Notes under the pieces: model-generated
Databases searched by the model: none
Told to the model about the DNA's origin: nothing
The model's input: only the letters and a program-made list of their open reading frames with translations
Shown: piece after piece, positions 56,826 through 64,000 of the stretch
Layout: each line of letters starts with the position of its first letter
Numbering within the stretch: the first letter of the stretch is position 1
Virus record (IMG/VR): IMGVR_UViG_3300045988_094874
Location: 1 to 64,000 of that record
Strand: one strand, 5' to 3'
Origin: a virus
DNA length: 64,000 nt
Position numbers and translations under genes: made by a program

Positions 56826-57136
56826 ATACTCCTTTGTCTCTTATACATCTTTTGCAACTCATTTTGTTGCTGTTCAGCGTATCGTTCCTGCATTTCAGCA
56901 GTGATTACCTCATACTCATAAGGCTTAGGCTCTCCATAGTCCTTTACATGGTCTGCTCTGCCCTTCTCATCTAGGCTAATGTACTGGCTATAAGCCTCAA
57001 AAGCCTTAGAGTTAGCGACCTTAGCATATAATACTCCAATATCTGTGTAAGTTGTATCATCCATGAGAGTTAAGTAAGGAATATTATACTCCTTAGTCAA
57101 GACAAGCACCTGCTCATCTATCTCATCGAGTGGCAC
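56822..57136 (-). CDS. hypothetical protein
   Basis: 104-aa ORF. Confidence 0.35.
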   Translation of the reverse strand: MPLDEIDEQVLVLTKEYNIPYLTLMDDTTYTDIGVLYAKVANSKAFEAYSQYISLDEKGRADHVKDYGEPKPYEYEVITAEMQERYAEQQQNELQKMYKRQRSI

Positions 57137-57227
57137 AGGGACTACATCATCATATGCAAGCCCCTTCCACTCCTCTCTCTCTTGAATAACTCCACAGGTG
57201 AGTGCCCAGCCATAGTTAATCAGGTAA

Positions 57228-57773
57228 CTAATCTGTCTGAAAAAAGCTGGGATTATTCTGCATGATTTTCAGTACGTTCTCCATCATAGAAGCGTCTGTG
57301 ATGTACTGAATAAGATTTGTAGAAACTCCTAAGACCTCCACAATAATCTTTTCACAGGCGTCAATAACGTTATCGTCAAAAATTTCATATAGCTTGAAGA
57401 AGTCCTCCGCTGTGTAAACATCAGTAGAGCCGTCTTCTTTGAAATTAGTGAAGGCAATAGCCACACGGGAAGCATAGTTACGAACCTTCCGCCCAATACG
57501 TGCTGAGATAAAGCGCTGTTTAGCCTCTACCTTTTGCACATAGGCTGTACCATTCATAACCAGCTCAAGGTCTGATGTTGAAGCGTCAAAATCCTCAGGC
57601 ACAGGAAGCCAAAATTCTAGTTCGTAGTCTACCTTACGTGTCTCTCCAACTCTTCGTGTATCTCCACTAACTACTTTACCCGAGCCAGTAGCTACAGCCA
57701 TTGGCGTATCATCATGAACTGCTTCTACGAAAGCTTCGTTCAAGTCTTCAACAGTAACTTTCTTTCTAGGCAT
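57228..57773 (-). CDS. hypothetical head protein
   Basis: 181-aa ORF after portal. Confidence 0.4.
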   Translation of the reverse strand: MPRKKVTVEDLNEAFVEAVHDDTPMAVATGSGKVVSGDTRRVGETRKVDYELEFWLPVPEDFDASTSDLELVMNGTAYVQKVEAKQRFISARIGRKVRNYASRVAIAFTNFKEDGSTDVYTAEDFFKLYEIFDDNVIDACEKIIVEVLGVSTNLIQYITDASMMENVLKIMQNNPSFFQTD

Positions 57774-57784
57774 TGTATATCTCC

Positions 57785-59182
57785 TTAAATAATTAGATTT
57801 TTATCCAGATAAGCTTCTGCCTTCTCTGGGTTGATTTCTTTTAGTCTATCATAAACTTCAAGAATTGTCATGTCATTACTATAGTTGTAGTCCTTAGAAA
57901 ACTCATAACTTGCAAAAGTAATGTCCTGCTCATGGTGGTTGAGTCCAATCGCATTTTCAAGAAGCCGTGAACATTGACCAATGAAGTGTGTCCGCATAGG
58001 GATAATATTATTCTTCATTGAGTTGTCAATGATACTGTGTGTACCAATATTTGATACTGTTTTCCCAAGGTCAAAGAGCCTTGCCGGAACTCCAAACATC
58101 TGTGCCACGATAGATGAGGCATACAGTGATAAGTAGTCTAGGAAATCCACAGCCTTCGTGTCACGAGTTAATTGAAGCAGGTTCTCAAACTTACTAGAGT
58201 AGACGATAGCGTCATTATACTCTGTTTCTGAGAGCTTCTGTGAAATGTCTTCCATGTCCTTGGCAATCTTGTCAGCACGTTCCTTCTTAGCAGTACGTCC
58301 CATATCAAGAAGTTGTCCTGCACTAGGTACAAATCCTTCTGCTTCACCCTCTTCAATGCTATCAATGATACTATCCTTTGCTTGAAGCGCAATAGTACCG
58401 ATACCATTTCGTGCAATATCATAGTTCATTCTGTCAAGAATGTTCAAGAGCAACTGCACACGCTTGCGGTCCTTAAGTAGCGGACTAATACCGAATACCT
58501 TAGAGGTATCCAACTTAACACAGGCGAAATTATCCTCAGTCACAAGGAGCAAATCGTCCTTGTACTTTTCTGGGTTTTGCAGTAAGTCCATATAGGCTTC
58601 AATATCCATACCTGAATAGCCCTTACTGTATCCTGTGATACGGTCTACAATGGCATGAGCGTCATCTGTGCGCTTAATCACATAGCTCAATGTCTGCCTT
58701 AACACAGGGTGCTCAGGGTAAGGGATATTGATTGCAAGAATATCTTTAGGGTGAATACCTACAAGACCTTGCCCTGAGTTATATAGCCCGTAATAACCAT
58801 ATTTCCGATAACCCTTGGCTACACCTTGCAGTACATCAATGTTCCGCTGACCATTAAAGTTAGTATCTTGCAAGAACTTGTGTAATAGCTTGTCCTTTTT
58901 TTCATCCTTGGTAGTAAGACGGTTAGTAAACATGTAATACACAATGCTATCAAGGATATAGTCCACGTCAGGCAAGCTAAGAGCAAGCTTCTCAATGGTG
59001 TCAAGGTCTTTACCAATAGGCATTTCACGATAGCCACTAGAAGTATAGAGCAATCGGTCTTCCACAGCAGAGTTAAAGAACTTATCCATGGCTTCTACGC
59101 CTTCAAGCTCCTCTGGTGTACGCCTACTAAGCTGTGCTTGCTGTGGTTTTTGTGCTTTCTTATTCTTTCTCTTTCTTCCCAT
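57785..59182 (-). CDS. portal protein candidate
   Basis: 465 aa directly downstream of terminase large subunit; basic N-terminus. Confidence 0.5.
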   Translation of the reverse strand: MGRKRKNKKAQKPQQAQLSRRTPEELEGVEAMDKFFNSAVEDRLLYTSSGYREMPIGKDLDTIEKLALSLPDVDYILDSIVYYMFTNRLTTKDEKKDKLLHKFLQDTNFNGQRNIDVLQGVAKGYRKYGYYGLYNSGQGLVGIHPKDILAINIPYPEHPVLRQTLSYVIKRTDDAHAIVDRITGYSKGYSGMDIEAYMDLLQNPEKYKDDLLLVTEDNFACVKLDTSKVFGISPLLKDRKRVQLLLNILDRMNYDIARNGIGTIALQAKDSIIDSIEEGEAEGFVPSAGQLLDMGRTAKKERADKIAKDMEDISQKLSETEYNDAIVYSSKFENLLQLTRDTKAVDFLDYLSLYASSIVAQMFGVPARLFDLGKTVSNIGTHSIIDNSMKNNIIPMRTHFIGQCSRLLENAIGLNHHEQDITFASYEFSKDYNYSNDMTILEVYDRLKEINPEKAEAYLDKNLII

Positions 59183-60822
59183 TAATTGTCCTCCAAATAG
59201 AATAGCTCTATGGCATGTATAGCCAACAGAACACTATCAAGTTCGTCTGGTGACTGGTGAATTAGTTTCTTAATCTCTGATTTAGGTCTAAGTTTCACAA
59301 GGCGGTCTTCTGGTCGTTGAATTTCTGCCACAAAGGACATCTGCCGAGCAATTCCGTCCCAGACTTTAGTCATGAAGGACACACGCTGTGCTTCCATCAT
59401 TCCCCTTAACATAAGGTGCATTTCTACACGCTTATTAAAGGCATACTCGGCACTAGGGTCATGAGCTATCTTCTTAGCCTCTGTGACCTTGCCTCCGAAG
59501 TCTATATCATATACATAAGCCTTTAGCTTTCCAGAGAGCCTTGCCATCTTAAGAGGCTGAACAATGTGAGCTCCTCCTCCTGAGTCAATAGCTATGGCTC
59601 TAACTTTAAACTGATTGGCTATTGTAATAATCTTATTAACAACGTCCCTAGCTGTAATACCATCAATCCATTCCTTAGGTTTAATATCCGTGGTATCCAC
59701 AGCAGTTATGTGGCCTTCTTTGTCTATACAAGATAAGGTTACTTGAATACTGTCAGCGCCCTTGTAGGCACTGTCAACACCAAGAAACCACTCAAGGTCA
59801 GGATTAAGGGAATTAAACTCATCAAGAATATCAGGCTGAGCGTCAAAGAAATTAGACCGTTCCACAGGAAATTCACACAGGAGGTTTTCTCTGATTGAGT
59901 CCTCTGTGATGGTAAACCCTGACTTCATAAGCTGGTCTTTTGTGTAGTTAATTGAGCCCTCTTCCATGGCTGTAACCACATCTAGCCACATGACAAACTC
60001 ATCTTCTGCCAAATCTTCCTTAGTCATAAAGTCGAAGAAGCTGTTCAATGACCGTGGGTTAGAGATTAGGTACATGATGAGCTTCTCACCTGTGTCACTT
60101 TCAAACTCCCGACGTGCCATGTGTCCCAGAGCTAGTGGTGAAATATCGCTGGCTTCGTCTCCAAACATATTCCCACCACGACCAATTACGTGGATTTTAG
60201 AGGGGTCTGTAAAGTTACTACCAGCAGATAGTCCTTCTAGCTTTCCCCCGTTACGGAAGCTAAATCCTTCACTGGAGAATGAGCTCAGACCACGTTTCAG
60301 TCGCCTATCCACAGCAGATACGTCGTTTTCATCCATACTCAGCATTTCTTTCACAGAGGGGTGAGCATTTACTAAAATTTCTCTGGCGTGTTGGATAATA
60401 ATGCCTGAATACTCATTTGTAGACCCTACAGCGTAGCAGTTCTGTCCTGAAAATGCAAAATTATTACTCATAATTCCACACAGGAAGGACTTCCCATAAC
60501 GAGGAGTAGCCACACAGTAGCCAGTCTTATAATCTCCACTCAGGAAAGCTCCAAATTGCACAGCCTGTGACCACCATAGCTCAATATTGAACCTAGATAG
60601 CGCTGTTCGGAAGCCTAATTTATAATATTCAAGCTCTTTCTCAAAGCCCTTAGTCTCTCTGATACTATTTCTCTTAAAATGTTTTGGTATATACCCTTTT
60701 ACTGCCTTCTTTAGCTTCTCCTTAGGAGTCACAGTGTCCAGCAGTATGCTTAGCTTTTCCCTATTAGAGAGTAACTTCCTCTTTTTCATAGGTGAGCCAA
60801 CATCTACATCTTGGGTGGGCAT
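59182..60822 (-). CDS. terL: terminase large subunit
   Basis: 546 aa; ATPase P-loop-like TPRYGKSF; acidic nuclease-type motifs; position ahead of portal. Confidence 0.65.
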   Translation of the reverse strand: MPTQDVDVGSPMKKRKLLSNREKLSILLDTVTPKEKLKKAVKGYIPKHFKRNSIRETKGFEKELEYYKLGFRTALSRFNIELWWSQAVQFGAFLSGDYKTGYCVATPRYGKSFLCGIMSNNFAFSGQNCYAVGSTNEYSGIIIQHAREILVNAHPSVKEMLSMDENDVSAVDRRLKRGLSSFSSEGFSFRNGGKLEGLSAGSNFTDPSKIHVIGRGGNMFGDEASDISPLALGHMARREFESDTGEKLIMYLISNPRSLNSFFDFMTKEDLAEDEFVMWLDVVTAMEEGSINYTKDQLMKSGFTITEDSIRENLLCEFPVERSNFFDAQPDILDEFNSLNPDLEWFLGVDSAYKGADSIQVTLSCIDKEGHITAVDTTDIKPKEWIDGITARDVVNKIITIANQFKVRAIAIDSGGGAHIVQPLKMARLSGKLKAYVYDIDFGGKVTEAKKIAHDPSAEYAFNKRVEMHLMLRGMMEAQRVSFMTKVWDGIARQMSFVAEIQRPEDRLVKLRPKSEIKKLIHQSPDELDSVLLAIHAIELFYLEDN

Positions 60823-61474
60823 AGCTAAAGTCTCCTCCTGTATAACTTAAGTAATTCACAGCTATATCATATGCGTCATCTTCTGGGTCAAGTCCCTCAA
60901 TGAAGGAAATTCCCACAGGAACTCTTGTACCATCAAGTAATCTACAAATAGGACAAGTCCGCTCATCATTCACAGAGTTCCACCGCTTGTAGATAACCTC
61001 TCCTGTGATATGGTGAAGTACCTTGGCAGTCTCCACAGAGGCTTTCTCAATAGCCATATGAACCTCTGACACAGAGATGAGCTCAATAATTGGTACTATC
61101 CTTCTATCAATCTCTTCTTGGTCTAGTCTACCCTTCTCAGCAACCACTTCGTCTCTAATACTTAGAATATCAGCTTTCCTACTGGCAAAAATCTCTTTTA
61201 GACGTGTGTAATTGCTTCTTGCAAAGCCTGACTGATTGATACTATTCTGTGCATTACGATACTCAACCTCATCAAGCTCTAGTCCAAGTTCATTGAGAAT
61301 ATACTCAAGCTCCTCATAAAACGAGTCAGTGTAAAGGTCCACAAGATAGCCAATTAAAGCCTCTTCAAAGTTGTCACTAGGCGCTTCGTTAATCACACGA
61401 TTGACATACTCGCTAAGTCTTGCCTTAAAATCATCATAGTTCCTGATGAATATCTTGTCCTGTGAATTTGCCAT
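60764..61474 (-). CDS. MuF/SPP1 gp7-like head morphogenesis domain protein (zinc-ribbon CPICR...HPRCRCW); alternatively a Zn-ribbon small terminase
   Basis: C-terminal HPxCRC-type motif as remembered for Phage_Mu_F; unusual position before terL. Confidence 0.35.
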   Translation of the reverse strand: MANSQDKIFIRNYDDFKARLSEYVNRVINEAPSDNFEEALIGYLVDLYTDSFYEELEYILNELGLELDEVEYRNAQNSINQSGFARSNYTRLKEIFASRKADILSIRDEVVAEKGRLDQEEIDRRIVPIIELISVSEVHMAIEKASVETAKVLHHITGEVIYKRWNSVNDERTCPICRLLDGTRVPVGISFIEGLDPEDDAYDIAVNYLSYTGGDFSYAHPRCRCWLTYEKEEVTL

Positions 61475-61836
61475 TACAAGTCCTCAAATAATTTATCAAG
61501 ACGAGCACTAGTGTAGCGCTCAAGCTCTTCAATACTTTCTGTTTCCCGGTTCAGGTTCACAGTGGTCTGTGTAGGCTTACCTTCAATACGGTTAGCCCAC
61601 TCAATCCGTGCTGTGCCATTTTCGATACTTTCAAAAATCTGCTTCAAAGCGTTAATCCGCATTGGTGTAGCTGGAGGTATTTCTGCAAAGCGTTTAAGAC
61701 CGAAAGCCTTCACAATTTCTTCGTCATATTCCTCAAGACCCCAGCGGATAGCATAGGCTTTTAAATCCTCAAAGGACGCAAAGCTTAGCTCACGCATTTC
61801 ATCTGAGTAAAGTCTTTTCTCTGTTTTCTTAGCCAT
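61474..61836 (-). CDS. hypothetical protein (small terminase subunit candidate by position)
   Basis: 120-aa ORF immediately upstream of the packaging genes. Confidence 0.3.
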   Translation of the reverse strand: MAKKTEKRLYSDEMRELSFASFEDLKAYAIRWGLEEYDEEIVKAFGLKRFAEIPPATPMRINALKQIFESIENGTARIEWANRIEGKPTQTTVNLNRETESIEELERYTSARLDKLFEDL

Positions 61837-62026
61837 AACAACCTCTTTCTATTCAAAACAAATCCCACAGTGGTAGCACTATGGGACTCTTCGGAGCAAC
61901 TTATGTATAGTATAACACTGTGTGTTCGGTAATTAGGTGATTTGCTCCTACGCCCATGTGACCTTTTACAATCACACAGGCTTAACGATACAGGAGATAT
62001 ATGAAATACATTGCCATAAAGGCAAA

Positions 62027-62098
62027 GAGCGTAGAGGGATTTGAACCCCCGATAGTGAGGTTGCGGCTCACGGTCTTAAACCACTTGACGATACGCTC
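62027..62098 (-). tRNA. tRNA-Cys (anticodon GCA); 7-bp acceptor stem GAGCGTA/TACGCTC, 3-bp D-stem, anticodon stem GTGAG/CTCAC, T-arm GGGGG-TTCAAAT-CCCTC; C at position 33; CCA not encoded
   Basis: cloverleaf folded by hand from the reverse complement. Confidence 0.6.
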
Positions 62099-62798
62099 GT
62101 ATAAATTCCTTTATAGAATTTCTTTTTGTGGGAAGGTCATGTTTCTTTAACCACTTCCTATAAGCATTGTCAGAAATTCCATATCCTTTAGCTAGTTGAA
62201 GTAAACTATTTCCTGAAAGTAAATCACTTATAAGAGTATCTTTACTAGGTATATTTGAGGCATTAATCTCCTTGTAACACTTCAAACATAGTTTTCCTCC
62301 AGTAGGCTTGTTACAAACTACACAATTTTTATTCCTGTTATACCTATAACGTTTTATGTGCTCCTTACTATCAGGTTTCACAGGAGGTAAATCTTCCTTT
62401 GAAAATTTCTTTGTAGGATAAAATGCTTTAGGTAATAAGTCTGTTGGATAAACTTTATCTGTGCACCTACTACGTCCAGTTACACTTAACTTACATGTAT
62501 TTATATTATTTGCATTTTCCTTTGGAGTAACCCTTCTCAAGTTTGAAAAGTGGTTATTATCCTTATTTCCATCTATATGGTCTATCTGTAAACCATCTTT
62601 GGAGGAAAATCTTTCAACATTTACATAGTAACTTAAATGGTGTGAGGAGTATGATTTAGTTTTACCATTTTCCCTTACACGGTACATGAGATACCCGTTT
62701 TGATTTCTGTAAGGTTTAAGCTTTCTAAGATTTCCTCTAAATATGCTGTAGAGAGCTCCATACTCATCTACAAGATAATTGTCATTAAAGTATCGCAC
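62076..62798 (-). CDS. HNH endonuclease with C-terminal Cys4 zinc finger and helix-turn-helix tail
   Basis: HNH core QIDHIDGNKDNNHFSNLRRVTPKENANN; CVVCNKPTGGKLCLKC; 3' end overlaps the tRNA by 23 nt. Confidence 0.65.
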   Translation of the reverse strand: MRYFNDNYLVDEYGALYSIFRGNLRKLKPYRNQNGYLMYRVRENGKTKSYSSHHLSYYVNVERFSSKDGLQIDHIDGNKDNNHFSNLRRVTPKENANNINTCKLSVTGRSRCTDKVYPTDLLPKAFYPTKKFSKEDLPPVKPDSKEHIKRYRYNRNKNCVVCNKPTGGKLCLKCYKEINASNIPSKDTLISDLLSGNSLLQLAKGYGISDNAYRKWLKKHDLPTKRNSIKEFIRAYRQVV

Positions 62799-62904
62799 CG
62801 CACTGCTCCTTTAACTTATATAATAATTAGTATGGGGTAGTATCGGTAGTAATAGAAAGGTAATATAGAAAGGTTATATGAAAAGGTTTATAGCAAAAGT
62901 CTTC

Positions 62905-63159
62905 CTACCCCATACCTAATAGCGATTGAATTTTATACTCCAAAGGTTTCCCTTCTTCGTAAATAATGTTTGACGGAACACAGAAGTAACTAAGCACTCC
63001 GTCCTTTAGCTCATATACTTGGCAATTATAACACACAAGCTCCTCTGTGTCAGAAAGGTTCACACGAAGGACACGCTCTGTGTCATTTTGCTCTAGTCTT
63101 GGAAGTAGCCCGTTTGGTACTTCGTAAGTTTTTGTAGATGTCACTACTTGAACTCTCAT
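62905..63159 (-). CDS. hypothetical small protein (start uncertain; overlaps resolvase gene by 77 nt as drawn)
   Basis: 84-aa ORF. Confidence 0.25.
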   Translation of the reverse strand: MRVQVVTSTKTYEVPNGLLPRLEQNDTERVLRVNLSDTEELVCYNCQVYELKDGVLSYFCVPSNIIYEEGKPLEYKIQSLLGMG

Positions 63160-63592
63160 GAAAATATTCTCCTATAAGTATCGCTTCTGCGTCGTCATCA
63201 CAGATTACATCATGCCCCTTCCGTTGGCACAAGCTGATTGCATGTTTCTTAGCCTCGGCTCGTTTGAGACCAGATAACTTGAAAAGCTTACGCCAAACCG
63301 AAGGACCAACAAAGTTGATAGACAAACCATTTAGCTCTCTCAGAATAACTCCCTGTGTTATAGCCAAACACACAAGAGTCTTCTGATTTTTGAGAACTTT
63401 TAGCTCTTCTATGATAACCCGTTTAATCGGGTAGCTATGAAGCAATAATCTTATCTGCTCAGCCATCTCCTGTGCACGTTCTAGGTAACTATCATTTCGA
63501 GGGGAGATAACACTATGGGTAACCACTTTTCCTTGGTGGTTTAGAATGGCATATCCTGTTGAACGTGTTGAGATGTCTAAACTGAGTAACAT
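63083..63592 (-). CDS. RuvC-like Holliday junction resolvase (phage type)
   Basis: N-terminal LSLDISTRSTGYAIL (catalytic Asp motif) and C-terminal DDAEAILIGEYF; RBS AGGAGG. Confidence 0.6.
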   Translation of the reverse strand: MLLSLDISTRSTGYAILNHQGKVVTHSVISPRNDSYLERAQEMAEQIRLLLHSYPIKRVIIEELKVLKNQKTLVCLAITQGVILRELNGLSINFVGPSVWRKLFKLSGLKRAEAKKHAISLCQRKGHDVICDDDAEAILIGEYFHESSSSDIYKNLRSTKRATSKTRAK

Positions 63593-63615
63593 ATTTCCTC
63601 CTGAGCTATGTATCT

Positions 63616-63644
63616 ATAATACCATAAGTCTGAACACAGTGCAA
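63616..63644 (-). promoter_or_regulatory. promoter for the minus-strand late operon: -35 TTGCAC, 17-bp spacer, TGgTATTAT extended -10 (read on minus strand)
   Basis: hexamers read from the reverse complement, upstream of the resolvase RBS. Confidence 0.45.
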
Positions 63645-63664
63645 GTAAAAATTACGCTTTTTAG

Positions 63665-63742
63665 CAAAGTACAGATAATACAAGTTAAAGAAATACACAT
63701 AGCTCTTAGAGCTTATTCTTTATAGTGTATTATCTGTACTTT
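63665..63742. repeat. 78-bp palindrome of the AAAGTACAGATAATAC motif family (arms 63665-63682 and 63726-63742; palindromic centre AGCTCTTAGAGCT)
   Basis: inverted repeat seen directly; same motif as 8362-8434. Confidence 0.6.
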
Positions 63743-63856
63743 ACTCCTGAGCTATAGGAAATGTCACAGAGAGCTCTAAGAAATTACACAAGAGAGCCTT
63801 AGATATGACACAGAGGTGGTTAGCTCTTCCTCTCCCTGTGTTCTAATTTTCTGATA

Positions 63857-63950
63857 TGCTATTATCTGAACTTTGCAAGCAAAGTACAGATAATGCATAT
63901 TAAAGAAATATAGCTCTGTGTTATTCTTTATACTGTATTAATTGTACTTT
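63857..63950. repeat. motif-family copies: half-site GCTATTATCTGAACTTTG (63857-63874) abutting palindrome 63880-63950 (arms CAAAGTACAGATAATGCA and TGTATTAATTGTACTTT)
   Basis: seen directly; slightly degenerate arms. Confidence 0.5.
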
Positions 63951-63965
63951 ACTATGGATATTTTA

Positions 63966-64000
63966 CCAAAGTACAGATATTACACTATAAAGAATAAAAT
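63966..64000. repeat. further copy of the motif (CCAAAGTACAGATATTACACTATAAAGAA) truncated by the window end
   Basis: seen directly. Confidence 0.45.

Overview
The window looks like a contiguous piece of a large (>64 kb) tailed dsDNA phage of a low-GC Gram-positive host. The LPXTG sorting signal and the CHAP+GH25 endolysin architecture point to a Streptococcus/Lactococcus-type host. Positions 1-28145 are a plus-strand early and replication block. It begins with a 2.6-kb mostly ORF-free region (930-3530) containing three clustered perfect DnaA boxes, iteron-like repeats and a near-consensus extended -10 promoter. After that come early genes of unknown function, an M28/M20-type metallopeptidase and a tandem array of five paralogous ~80-aa genes. 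The replication genes then follow: a DnaD-like replication organizer, a prim-pol primase fused to an AAA_25 helicase, a YopX-family protein, a family A DNA polymerase, a PD-(D/E)XK nuclease, a dUTPase, a Sak4-like ATPase and an SSB-like protein. Three LAGLIDADG inteins interrupt catalytic motifs. Two are in PolA (motif A and the NFGxxYG motif) and one is in the Walker A loop of the Sak4-like ATPase. A sortase-type LPXTG surface protein gene sits inside the replication block. The two blocks converge at a bidirectional terminator (28131-28160). Positions 28159-63592 on the minus strand are the late module. It encodes a RuvC-like resolvase, an HNH endonuclease, a tRNA-Cys, terminase, portal, scaffold/capsid candidates, connector proteins and a 1508-aa tape measure. 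Downstream are baseplate proteins, a CHAP+glucosaminidase lysin, holin and a CHAP+GH25 endolysin embedded among large modular fibre genes. At least seven fibre/baseplate proteins share a recurring cysteine-rich N-terminal module. A 17-bp palindromic motif recurs eight times, at 8362-8434 and in the late-promoter region 63665-64000. All functional calls rest on motif recognition by eye. No database searches were possible.
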